A DNA stretch of 64,000 nucleotides from Felis catus. Lineage: Eukaryota. Location: contig NC_058368.1 of NCBI RefSeq assembly GCF_018350175.1, positions 165,542,001-165,606,000 of the forward strand. Reading direction: 5' to 3'. The notes under the pieces were generated by a model. It saw only the letters and a program-made list of their open reading frames with translations, was not told the origin of the DNA and ran no database searches. This document shows, piece by piece, positions 12,123 to 24,709 of the stretch; the stretch's first letter is position 1; the number at the start of each line of letters is the position of its first letter. A program made the position numbers and the translations under genes.

Positions 12123-15100
12123 AGAAAGGCTAATTCCATTTTACATGTTCAAAAGTTAAAAGCTGAAAATTAAAAAAGGATTTAAAATAGCATCGGTAAA
12201 TATGATACAGTACACAATAAATTTGTTAGACAATATGGGTAACCTAGTCCCTAAAATCTCTAAGACATTGCTAAGAATATTTTTAAATACCTAAATCAAT
12301 GGAAAGATTTATCATGCAGTCTTTCAGGGAAACTCAATGTGTGTAATACATCCTTTCATTACATGTGCTTAAGTTTCCATATAAATCTTAAGATGGTCAT
12401 AATCTAAAAAACACCAAATGTACCCTGGAAATATATAGTCATTGAATATAACTTACAAAAACCTGTATAAAAATGCCCAATACTTAGGAATAAATATACA
12501 AAAACCTTATATTGCTTTTAACAACATCTATAACACTACTGTGGTAAACTGAGAAAGACACAACTAACTTAAGAGGCTCAACATTTTCCTGTATTAGGAA
12601 AGTCAGGAATAAAGAGATGGGAAGCATTATACATTTAATATAGATCCGATACAATTTATTGAAAATCCAAATTCATTGTTTTGTACATGTGTATTTGCAT
12701 GTACACTGACAAGCTCATCCTTTCCAATTATATAAATTAACAAAGAACCAAAAATAGCCAAAACACTCTTGAATAGAAACATGGGTGTATTTTTTTAAAC
12801 CCAACAGTATAGATCATTATATCTACAGAAATTAAGTCAAGGAGGCAGGATATTAACATAGATATGGACACTGACACGTAGACCAATGGAACAAACTAAA
12901 ATCACCAAAGTACATTTCTACATATACTGGCCTTCACGGTGGGGGGGGGGGGGTCAAAGTGGCCTTCTCCATTGTCATTTAAATAAATGCTAATCATTCA
13001 GAGGTTCATATGGGGGGAGAAAAGTGTACTACCTATATACTATATATCATCTACCACCTACACCATGCACAAAAGTCCAATCCCAAAAAGAACATAGAAC
13101 TAAATTTGTAAGATAAACTTATCTATCAAACTTCTAGAAGTTAGGTGAGATTCTGTTCATGAACTTGGAATAGAAACAGATTGTTAAACAGGCTATCAGG
13201 TTTCATATCACAATTCCTATCAGGTTAGGGAAAAAGAGAAGAAATGTGAAATTATTCAAATTAAGAAATTCCATTCACCACCAAGTAAGACTAATTGACT
13301 AAAAATATTCACCTTGGAGTAGGGGAAGATATTTGCAACCAACAGATGTGATACCATGCTGGTATCCATAACACTTACTGCAATAACAAAGTCAGTTAAC
13401 GTTGTAATAACATGTTCAAATAAACCTATCCCTCAGTAAATGGGGAAATGCTAGTTCATTTACAAATGAAATACAGCTTCACATCTATTAAGAATGCTAA
13501 AATTCCAAAGTCTGAGGATACTCGGTGCAGGCGAGGAATAGAGGAACTGTCTAAATTATCGCTGTAGTCACATCATTTATATTAACCCAAACATTGAAAC
13601 AACCCGAATAGTCAACAGTAATATTGTATCCACTCTTACAATAGAATATCATGCACTAAGGGAAGTTTTCAAGCTACACGTTAAAAAACAGGTATCAATA
13701 ATCTAAATTTGAGTTAAAGAAGCTAGACGCAAAATAATACATGCTGTGCAATTCCACTTATTCAAAGCTAATACACATACAAACTATCCTGTAGTATTGA
13801 GGTATATACAGTTAGGTCAGAAAAATAGAAATTATAAAAAATATATAAATGATAACCATATGAATGATACAGACATTTCCTTAAAATAGAAAGGGGTGGA
13901 GAAATTGATTTGTGTACAAGATAACCAGCCTATTATATATGTACAATATTAAACATACTAAATTGAGATTCTACAATCATCTATGTTGTATTGACTTGAA
14001 TACTGTGTATTTCAATTTCAGTTGTTATATTTACATTACATTATTTAGGCCTTTATCACACTCATCTATTTCTTACAGCAAAGTTGAGGAGAATTTCTTC
14101 TGGGCCATTTCAAAGGCTATAGTAATTTCTGTTCCCCAAACTTACTGACTTCCACATTCCACATTGAGCAAAATGCTTTACATCAATTCATTTTTTATTA
14201 AATGGACCAATTCTAGACTACCTTTGTTCTTGCCAACCCAAGAACATCTGATACTGTGCTTCCAAGTTTAATCAAATCAGTACAAGAACCTCAAAAACAA
14301 AACAACAAAACCACCAGCTAGAACTAAAGATATGTTAGTTTTCTGTGAGCAACCTTAAGAGCATATATACACATATTCCCTTATATTTGATAAAAATCAA
14401 ATTCCTGTAATTCCTTATGTTAGCATTCTCCTGATTCTGCATTTTGCCTTGCCTTTAATATCAGCAGAGGAAGAGTACATTCTTCCAAGAAGATTATTGC
14501 TTTTCCTCTAGAAAAGACAGACCTTCAAGCAGATAAAATAAGGTCTCTTTTAGAAGGTTCCATAAGGTATTCCAATTATTGTCTTTCCTGATCAAAATTT
14601 TAAGGTCATATCAAATATTGAAAATGGTTGTGGTTTGTAGAGTCAATCTTTGGGGTTTATCATTTATTATGATACAAGAATATTTAATCCATGATAAAAG
14701 AAAATTCCTCATATTTTATTAATAATTTGTTGTTCAAGTTGAGGTAAGTGCCAACAACATTCTGTCAGTCTTTTCATTCACTCATTTCCCATCTGTTTAT
14801 CCACTCACTGCTCATCTATCATAGTACTGCCCCAACCACCACCCTACCTCATAATTTTATGATTTTCCTTTTAAATGATTCCTAAGAACTATTCCTTACT
14901 CCCCCAAATTACCTTCTCAGAGGCCTCATGTTTTTGGGTGACCTCAGGCAAAATAAACTTGGTTAGTTACTTCAGTACTAGTAAGAAAGTATAGCAATTT
15001 CAGAACCTGTACTCATGAGAAATTCCTTCAAAATACTGTTAACATGATTAGGTTCAAATAGACTACTAATTCACTAAGTCAACCCAGAGGTAAAATTTCG

Positions 15101-16679
15101 CCAAAGAAAATTTCTCCAGTGAGGACTTAGGTTAGACGTCCATTCTTTGTATCTGAGGTTCTGAAATTGGTAGACAATCAGAAACGTGTAATAGAATACC
15201 AACATATTCAAGCAAATTTGCTTGCAAATTTTGCTAAGATGCAAAAAAGAGATAATTAGTCTATTAGGAAATAAAAAAAAAACATGTATTCAAGTTCCAG
15301 TTTTGTCTGTAGTTGGTTGGTTGTGAGTAAACCATTAAGAATGATGCAAAACCTATAATGCAAAAACAAGTTTGTCCCAGTTGATATTTATACCTCCTTC
15401 TTGCTCAAAGATTTAGGTCCAGGGGTAGGAAACTGGCATTTACATATATTGATGGAACTAATTTCCCTTTATCAGGGCCTAAAGCTGAGCAGATGCTATT
15501 TCTCCTTTTCATCTCCTTTTCTCCAATGAAAGCATGTAATTCTGCAATGAAACTAAACTGGAAAAAATGTGGATTTACTACTTCATAGTCCACAGTTGAC
15601 CTTGTGACACACTTAAAATTGCTTTCTCTGAAAGCATAGAGGCTGAAGGGGGTCAGCTCTCATAACTCTAACTCTTTATGCGGAAATTTTAGTGCTTTAA
15701 CAAATTTCCCCTTTAATTTTTAAGAGCTAAATTTTGCTAGAATCAAGCTTATAGATAAGTTCATATATAATACATAAAATTTTATATAGATTGTTGTATT
15801 TTTTTCAGAACAGTATTTAATCACAGCATTTGTAATCATATGGCAAGAATTTTAAAGGCTTTAAAACTATTTTAACATAGATTTATTTATATTCATGAGT
15901 CTCAATCCTTCCTAATTGGAGTGTAAAGAGATGTTTATCCATTTTCTAAACATTTTGAAGCACTTTATTGTGTATTACCTTAAAAAATAAACTACATTTA
16001 AACCGACACCTTTCATAATTCACAGACTCTTATAACAGGTGAGTATCTTCATTTTATTAACTTATTGGGTATGTTCATTAGTATTAAATAAAATTTCATA
16101 TAAAATTACATAGAATTTCCAAGTATAACTAAGAACATATTTTTGATCTTTAGGAGATGATTCACCGTCTTGCACCCTACTCACTACTGTGATTTATTTT
16201 CTGTTTCTTGGGCCTCTCAAACTTAGACTCATTTTCATTTTAGAGAAAATAAAGCTGTTCCTCCAAGGTCTACCCCACCAAGTGCCCAGCCACTGTATAT
16301 TATCAATTTGTCTAGACCCACCAGTCCCTGTCTACCCTGTGTATAGACACAGGTATAGGACTCTTAGATCTCTTCTTTTAGGAGGCGCATACAGCTACCC
16401 ACCACAATATTTTTGTGGGCAATTTGGAACCAAGATTAACTTGGCTGTTTGAAGTTTTCACCCTGATAAATAGCTGAGTTAAATGATTGCTGACTTAGGC
16501 ATTACTTGAGGTTCTTTGTTACAACTTTCTTCATTGGGCTAAGTGCCAAAGAAGTCTAATGTAGCTCTGTTAACATCATAACTATTTTGTTGGGAGAGAT
16601 TCCATTCCCAAAATAGAGGATTTTTCTCACCATACTTACAGCACAAGTCAAAGAGATCTACCCATATACTCATTTCCTT

Positions 16680-17155
16680 TGGAACTCCCAAGTGAAAAAT
16701 GCAAATTTACTGAAATTTACATTCAGAACAAGCCCTTTCTAGGATGGGACTTCTGTTCTAATCACTGCTTATCCTGATACACCTGGGACTTGTCCATTTT
16801 TAAGGGAAGGGTACCACTGGTTTCTGTATGTTTCAAACAACATCATCATCAGCTGTTCTGCAAAGTCTGTTTGCTATTTACTAACTTCTCATGCCCCACC
16901 CCACTAATCTAGTGACTGGAATTCCCAAGTGAAAAATTCAAATTCACTTTCAGTACAAGCCCTTTTTCTAGGATGGGACTTCTGTTCTAATTATTGTTTA
17001 TCCTGATACACCTGTAGACTTGCCCATTGGAAGGGCAATCAGAGTGCCAGTGGTTTCTTATGCTTCAAACAAGATCATCATCAGCTGTTCTACAAAATCT
17101 ATTTGCTATTTACTCCATTTCTCATGTTTGTTTGTCTTCCCACTAATCTGGTGAC
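16680..17155. repeat. Direct tandem duplication, two units of ~237 bp (16680-16916; 16917-17155)
   Basis: Shared blocks in the same order: tggaa(c/t)tcccaagtgaaaaat, ctaggatgggacttctgttctaa, ttatcctgatacacctg, atcatcatcagctgttct, tttgctatttact, cccactaatct(a/g)gtgac. Confidence 0.95.
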
Positions 17156-17743
17156 AAAGAAAGCTGTTGTTACAATTTCATCTCTTATGATTTAAGTAAA
17201 ATTTAATAGTATGTAGGCAAAACCTAACTTTATCTTCAACAAAACATAGGCCACAGTTGGAAGGCCAACTATGAAGTTTTTGACTGTCACCCATACTTCT
17301 GTATCCCTTGAAAAACAATCACCATCCATTAGCCCTGAAATTTACACTATTATTTTTAAAAACGCTTTTCTAATAAGTTAATACACATGTTACAATACAC
17401 AAGTTTTCAAAAATGTATGCTTTTCAAAGTAATTAACCCTCACCTATCTTCAAGTGCCAAGATACTTTCTTTGAAACTGTAACTATTGGAGAGTCTATAA
17501 AAGCACTATATTCACAAACACCAAGACACATAAAGCTATTTTCTCTTGATTTATATTTACTTCTTTCAAATATTTTTAGTTAAAAAATTCTCAAATTAGT
17601 ATTTTTGTATATATATCATTTTCTGTATGTGTAAATGTAACTTTGGGATAAACCCTCAGAAACTGAATGAGGGACACAAAGGGCATATTTTAAATTGTCA
17701 ACAGTATCGTCACATTGACTTAACTAAGGTTTTTGTCAATTCA

Positions 17744-17754
17744 CATTATATATA

Positions 17755-17788
<34 letters not shown>
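17744..17788. repeat. (TA)n microsatellite
   Basis: Visible TA run. Confidence 0.9.
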
Positions 17789-17791
<3 letters not shown>

Positions 17792-17839
17792 TTACAGTGT
17801 TTTGTCCATTTTTTTCTAGGATACAAAAAAGTAGGATAT

Positions 17840-18354
17840 GTTTCATTACTTACCTATTGATGCTTTAACAAATTTCCCCAAACTTAGTAGTTTAAAACAA
17901 CAAAAAAGTATTGAACTTACAGTCTGTAGTTCAGAAGTCCAACTGGAGTCTCACTCAACCAAAAGAAAGTAGAGATGTCAGCAGTGGTGCACTTGTCTGT
18001 GGGCTCTCCAGGACATCATCTGTTACCTTGCCCTTTCTAGCTTCTAGATGATGCCCACATTCACAGCCGCCTTCCCCCCATCTTCAGTAACAGCAATGTC
18101 ACACGTCTCTAGGCTCCTCTAAAGTAATCATGTCTTCCTTTGTCTCCCCCTTCTCCCTCCCGCTCCTACTTATGGGTACTCTTGCAATTCAATTAGATTC
18201 ATTGGATTACCCTGGGTAATCTACCTATATTAAGGTCAGCTGAGTAGCAACTTTAATTCTACCTGCAATCTTAAGTCCCTTTTGTCATGAAACTAAATAT
18301 ATTCACAGGTCCTGGAGAGATCTTTGGGATAAGGGATATTATTCTGTTTACCAT
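17840..18354 (-). mobile_element. MaLR solo LTR (MLT1D/E-like)
   Basis: taacaaatttccccaaacttagtagtttaaaacaac…aaggtcagctgagtagcaactttaattc…attattctgtttaccata is the reverse complement of an MLT1 LTR. Confidence 0.8.
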
Positions 18355-18399
18355 ATATAGAATAGCTTTAATTGCCATTTACCTTATTTTACCTTACTT

Positions 18400-19193
18400 T
18401 ATTTTTTTGCTATTTCATCTTATTTGTTACTCTTAGAAAATCTCATTTTTGACTAGATTCAGTCTTAAAGGTAAAAATTCCCAGAGAAGGCAGCCTCTGT
18501 CTTTCAGCAATCTATTCTTGGCGTTTTTCTGTGACCCTTTCATTTTCCTGGCCACAAGTTTATCATATTCTATAGATTTTTTTCTTATTTTCCTTAGTAT
18601 GCTATTTCTTCAGAGTAACATGTCCATATTTATTGAAAGACACATGGACTAACAAGCACTTTGGTCATAGGTTTCTTACCTTCTTTGCTTATAGGCTTTT
18701 TCATAACATACTGGTGAACATAATCTTTACAAGATTTAAAATCTTGTGGATTGTGCTAGCTCTTTTGGGCCACAGGAGAGGAATCAACAGGAGTATCAGT
18801 AAGTATCATATCCTTCTCCCCTTTTTTCACATCAGATCTTTCAGACAGCATCCACAATGCAAACCCAAACACTACTGAGTTTTGTTCTCTGGTCCTTGGT
18901 CTGTAACAGGAATGTCCCTGTCTAACACCAGGGTACAACTATGGATGAAGACACCCTACTTCATGGGGAAGGCTTGTCTGTCATTCGCACTGCTGATTCC
19001 GACCATATAACCTGTCCATTCTTCTCCTAGAGTATCATCAGCAACTTCCATGGCCACACACTTCTCATAAAAGGCACAAAGTCTGCACTTATCATACACT
19101 TCAATGAGTTTCTGGCAGCAAGTATCTGGAAAAAAGTTATTCAGCTTTATCCTTGAAGCACTCGACCCACCTCCAAGGCACCACAAAAAAGAG
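18400..19193 (-). pseudogene. RPS6: Processed pseudogene of 40S ribosomal protein S6 (eS6)
   Basis: The minus strand reads [64 protein letters not shown], matching RPS6 [64 protein letters not shown]. It continues through GHSCYRPR and KEGKKP to …KTESSQK*. It is intronless, has ATG changed to ATA at 19148-19150, carries stops and indels, and keeps a 5' TOP-like ctctttttt and an A-rich tail. Confidence 0.96.
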
Positions 19194-19431
19194 CTCCATT
19201 TCTCTTCTTTGAATAAGACCAATCATCACATTTCAAAGAAATATTATAATAAATAAAGTAAAAAATAGTGCCCTGTATACTTAATGCATTTTATTTTGAA
19301 TGTTATAAAGGGAGAGGTATAAGATTATTCACTAAAAAAGTGAAAGTTAAACCTTCAAGAGGCTTGGAGGTATCTTTCATCAGATCTTAAAATGAGATAT
19401 TTGGCAAAAGATTTTAACAAAAATGTCTTGA

Positions 19432-19815
19432 GGGGCACCTGGGGGGCTCAGTCAGTTGAGCATCTGACCCTCGGTTTTTGTTCAGGTCACGATCTCAGGG
19501 TCTGAGATCATGAGTTTGAGCCCCACGTCAGGCTCTGTGCTGACAGGAGCCTGCTTGGGATTCTCTCTCACTGTATCTCTCTCTCTCTCTCTCTCTCCCC
19601 CCTTCCTCCTTCCATCCCTCCCTCCCTTTGAAAATAAATTAAATTAAATAAATTATTAAATTAAATAAATTATTAAATAAATTAAATAATAATAATTAAA
19701 TTAAATAATTAAAATAATATTAAATTTAATTTTAAAAATTAAATAATAATAATTAAATTAATTATTAAATAAATTAAATAAATTATTTATTTAAAAATAA
19801 ATAAACACTTAAAAA
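19432..19815 (+). mobile_element. Can-SINE with an expanded ~175-bp pure A/T tail
   Basis: SINE body 19432-19630, A/T-only stretch 19631-19805, flanked by aatgtcttg. Confidence 0.93.
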
Positions 19816-19826
19816 TAATGTCTTGT

Positions 19827-20058
19827 GGGGCACCTAGGTGGCTCAGTCGGTTGAATGTCTGACTTCAGCTCAGGTCATGATCTCACACTCGGTGAGTCTG
19901 AGCCCCACATCAGGCTCTGTGCTGACAGCTCAGAGCCTAGAGCCTGCTTCAGATTCTGTGTCTCCCTCTCTCTCTGCCCCTCCCCTGCTCATGCTCTGTC
20001 TCTCTGTCTCAAAAATAAATAAGAACAGTAAAAAAAATTTAAAAAAATAAATAAAAAC
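19827..20058 (+). mobile_element. Can-SINE, tandem with the previous one
   Basis: Full SINE flanked by aatgtcttg at 19817-19825 and 20059-20067. Confidence 0.95.
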
Positions 20059-22509
20059 AATGTCTTGAATGTTATTTATTCAACTATCAATTATGATGAG
20101 TCGTCTTGATGTACTTTCTTTCATGTTTATTCAAAATAACCCATTTTACCTGATCATTTATTAGCTTTTCAAAGTTGTCTTAAGTCCTTAAGTTTAAAGA
20201 AAAAAAAAAACTCTCTGCTGTTGTTCTCCATAAGACTTGGAAAAGGAAAATTCAGGTTCAGCTCATTTCCTACATCCCTACTTTCAGGGGACGCAAGGAA
20301 GGAATGAAGAGCAGCCGAAGATCATAGCCATACTCCAGTGAGCTTTAAGATGTGCTTTCAAATAAGCCAGCTTAGAATGAATTCAAATGGTAAAGTGAAA
20401 CATTTTGAAGATAAAACATTAAGATTTCTGTCTGTATTTTCGCCATTTTAGTAATATATCAGAATGTTAAAATACTAACAACTGGTAATATGGGTTATGT
20501 CAGGTCCCTACTTGATACATACAAAGGGTCATTTATAAATTACAAAAGGTATATATATATATACATACATACATACACACATAAAAATTCATCTAGGTTT
20601 TCTCAAAACTTCAAGTCCACAACTGGTCTAACAAAAACCATTGTTTTGTGATGAAGTTTTTCAGGGTAAAAATATGATTTAGCATCAGCTTAGAGAATAC
20701 AAATGTATGACAATTTCATATCTTGTTATGAAAACAAAATAAAACAAATAAAATATGGTGAAAAACAGTAATAAGATCACAGATGATCCTTGTGAGTACT
20801 TACATACTTTATATTCTGAGTTTTTTTCTATTCCTTATTGTTAACCTGAAAGATGAATACACATTTTGGAAAGTATGTCCTGATTAATGTAATTACTTTA
20901 AATAAGGATAAAATATCTCCTTAGTTATTGGACTGATAACTTTCTGTTCCCTGTATTGTGATGGCATTTGTAATAAAATATCACATATTTGGTAGATAGC
21001 AAATTGAGATTCTTTTACAAGCCAAACAAATCCGTTTTACTTTTTGGGCTATAGGCAAAACATTTCCATTTGATTTATAATTCTAATATTAAATTGCAAT
21101 GCTCTGCTCTAGCATTATAATAAGTAGAGTCTAAAGTCACATTATTGAATATGGTTATAAAAAGGAACTAGCAGTATTATGTTTTTTTATTAAGTGCCGA
21201 GTAATTTTATATACTTTAAAAGAGTTTACCACTTTTGACTGGTTTTAGTTTCTTTGCCTAAAACCATTATAGCTTAGATTTATTTTCTTTATTTTTTCTG
21301 ACAGAACACTAAGGTTTAAAAACAAAAACTTTAATAAGCATGATGATTTCACTGTTTAAGCTAATCTTTGGTTCATATGAAGTTGCATTAATTCAGACAA
21401 TCAGAAACTAGTGTGTGTATTGTAAGATTAACAAGATGAATAGTTCCAGAAAGAGTTAATAGGTAGAGTTAAATCTACCTATAAAACCATGTAGAAAAGC
21501 TTAATTATGTACTCTAATATCTCTGTCAATTTTTTTGCTAATGTCTTTATCAATTTTCATAATAAACCAACTCTAAATTCACTGGCAATCAATCATTTTT
21601 ATAATACAAAGAGGGAAATTTTCCAAACATTTAATCTATAACACTAGGTATAAATCACAAAGGCATTGTCTTACTCTTATTGTGTGCTTTCAAGATGTAT
21701 TTAAAATACTGGCAGAACTCAAAAAAGGGAGATGACGGTACACATGTAGCACACAGCATTTTCAATTAGGATTTTAATTATGCTTTGTGAAATCTAGTGA
21801 TACTTTTTTATTTCTTAAAATAAATGAGGCAAATCTCATTAGAATTATTTACTCCTATGGATACCAATTTATATGATAAACCACTTTCTTCTACAACTGT
21901 ATTACGAAAACCCAATTGTTTCATGCTGTTCATGGAAGTCAGTAATAGGACACAGACTGTGATGCTATTAAAGCAATTCAATAACAGAACATTAGAATGT
22001 CTACTAAAATATCACAAATGAGTACCAAAATTTTATATAATGCTGGTAGAATGTTATAACATTGCAGTGTTTGCTTTTGTTTTACAGTTTAGACAGTAAT
22101 ATTACTAAGGTAATTATGTTTCCTATCCATATAATCCAAGTTTAGCCTCGAATCACAGTATTGCACTTATCATACTAAAGTGAATTTTTTCCCTATTCTA
22201 GAAGTGGCTTGATACTTCTGCATGATTTTCAAACTGTAAAAAATTTTAAATGTGCATTTATTACATCTTGACATTCTAAGGACTAAGTATTAAACCTTAG
22301 AAAATTTTGTTAAATTATTTCAAAATATGTTAAAACAGAGCATCAATGTTGGTTGCATTGTTAATAAGTGAAGTAGAGCAATATTGTCAGAAAGTGATGC
22401 TATTAATTTACATGGTCATGACAATTTCTCTCTGGAAACAAGTTATTTATCCTCTTTCCAGGAAAGGTTCCTTTAGTTTCATCCAGTTCAACATCAGTTA
22501 AAGTCTTTT

Positions 22510-22742
22510 TTAAATGTTTGTTTATTTATTTATTTATTTTGAGAGAGGGGAGTGGAGAGAGAGAGAGAGAGAGAAACACAAGCAGGGAGGGGCAGAGACA
22601 GAGGCATACAGAGAATACTAAACAGGCTCCCATCTGTCAGCACAGAGCCTAGTGAGGGGCTTGAACTCACGAACTGTGTGATCATGACCTGAGCCGAAGT
22701 CAAGAGTTGGATGCTCCATTGACTGAGCCTCCCAGGTGTCCT
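22510..22742 (-). mobile_element. Can-SINE
   Basis: TSD cagttaaagtctttt at 22495-22509 and 22745-22759. Confidence 0.95.
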
Positions 22743-24502
22743 ACCAGTTAAAGTCTTTTAACCGACACAGAAAGATTTCTGATTTTACATGTGAAAAAAA
22801 CTAGGTCGTTAATATTCAATTAGTTTTTCAAAATTCAAACTCAGTTATTGAATCTATGTCAAAGAATAAATTCTAAACTATTGCTTAGTGATTAAGACCA
22901 AACCACTCTTTCTTTTTGCTGTGCAGAAATATTTTTTGTGATGCTTAGATCATGAGATACTATCAGGTGCAAGGATTTTGGTGTTAATCAAACTCGTGGT
23001 CAAAATCATGATAGATTATAGGGAAAGTACAGGAAACTAAATCATTGTGAGGTTTGGGGAGGTGGCAGTATCCTAAGAGCAATACGAATATTTTTGAAAA
23101 ATATATAAATATGTGTAAATGAGCTGCAGTGCATGGTGGAGCACATTGCATTCCACTGGTAGAAGATAATGAAGTCTAGCTCAACAGGCATGGTAAAAGT
23201 TGTCACCTTTGGTATCCACAATCTTCTCCATAATAATATCCTTTGGTAATTTCGAACACTATCAGCACTTTTTCCCTGATAAAATTCATGAGAAACTGGA
23301 CAGACAAGCTTCTGAAAATAGACTGGGATGGTTGTCATCATACTAATAACAGCGGAATGAAACTTAAAACTATCTCGTAAATCCAGATGGACTAAGGTTA
23401 TACTCGAATACTTGCTGTTTCTGTAGTCAGCTCAGTCTATGCGGCTGGCTTCCACAGAAACAATATGTCAGTGTGACATGCCCTTTGGCAATGTAAGGTT
23501 CCTGTGGAAATGAAGAGTGTTTACCGATGAATCTTTTGGACTTCTCAACAATAAATATGGGGAATTATCCAATGTGATTTTTATCACTTAAAAAATACTC
23601 AAGAAATTTCCTTTCACGTGGCAGTATCTACAGCTGTTTGCCTCCTTCTCCTCTGGACAACACGTTTCTAGTGCTGGCAATACGTAATGTTTCTGCTTAG
23701 CTTTTGACCATGTACCAGAGCAATCTAAACCACACTCACACAGCTTATCAGGGTTTTTTTGTTTTTTTTTTTTTTTTCCATGCAGGAGTATATCTTAAAA
23801 GCCTAAGCTCAGTTTTCTACTCTATATGCATAATGATAAATCTGCACTCCTGCTGGGGGCCATTTTCACAGCTTCCTCTCCAATAATTAAATGACCACCA
23901 GTGAGAGTATTGCCTATAGAATTTAGAGAATCAAAAACATTTTTCTTAATACTCCTTTTAGCAAAAATGATTTTATCATCTTCCTTCCATTTTCTTAACA
24001 TTTTAAATAAATTTACCACTGATTAAGGCAAAGGTTATTTCTTAGCACTTTAATCCTCTTTACATAGTTAATTAGTATCAAGTGTTTCTATTTTCTGGTC
24101 CAGATTTGTTGGGAGTATAAAGCTCTGGGTGTATGTCTTAAATGTATAGAATAAAATTTTGGTCATGAAATATACAGTATTAACAAAATAAGTGTCTTTC
24201 CTGTAAACCATTTCTGAACATGAAAAAGGAACTGAATTTGTTTATCAATTTGAAATATATACATTTTGAGATCGAAAAGATTATGTTTTATGTTTTTTAA
24301 TGTAATACCATATGATGAAACCACATATTGTGACAAAATGGAAATTGTATTTTCCATATTCTGTCTTGCCAAAATGTTATTCTATATATATCCAAAGATC
24401 TTGTACACATGCACACGTGATCAAACCTAAGAAATATTGTGAGACAGCTATTAAACAAATGGAAGTCTTTGTCTCAGACACTTTATGAGGGAGAAGAAAT
24501 TT

Positions 24503-24709
24503 TTTTTAATGTTTATTTGTTTCTGAGACACAGAGAGACAGAACATGAGTGGGGGAGGGGCAGAAAGAGAGGGAGACACAGAATCAGAAGTAGGCTCCAG
24601 GCTCTGAGCCATCAGCATAGAGCCTAAGGTGGGGCTTGAACTCACAAACCGTGAGATCATGACCTGAGCCGAAGTTGGTCACTCAACCGGCGAGCCACCC
24701 AGGCGCCCC
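24503..24709 (-). mobile_element. Can-SINE
   Basis: TSD agggagaagaaattt at 24488-24502 and 24711-24725. Confidence 0.95.

Larger units (their letters stand above)
9060..13900 (+). mobile_element. Cluster of highly decayed ancient L1 (L1M/L1ME-type) fragments, interrupted by SINEs
   Basis: Remnants of the ORF2 '[12 protein letters not shown]' segment at ~10260, ~10935 and ~11680. Also agaaccaaaaatagccaaaacactcttgaa, tagaccaatggaaca, and 3'-UTR-like aagaagctagacgcaaaataatacatgctgtg. Confidence 0.65.

Noticed and set aside
15390..15640. Minus-strand 62-aa ORF with acceptor-like tgctttcag
   Set aside because: Peptide unrecognised, donor weak, no support from neighbouring exons
16010..16045. Plus-strand CAG|GTGAGT donor with a possible 13-nt micro-exon
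   Set aside because: Too short to assess, and the length is not a multiple of 3
16680..17155. CRISPR-like or coding interpretation of the tandem repeat
   Set aside because: Eukaryotic DNA with only two long units and no spacer structure; frameshifting indels between the units argue against coding
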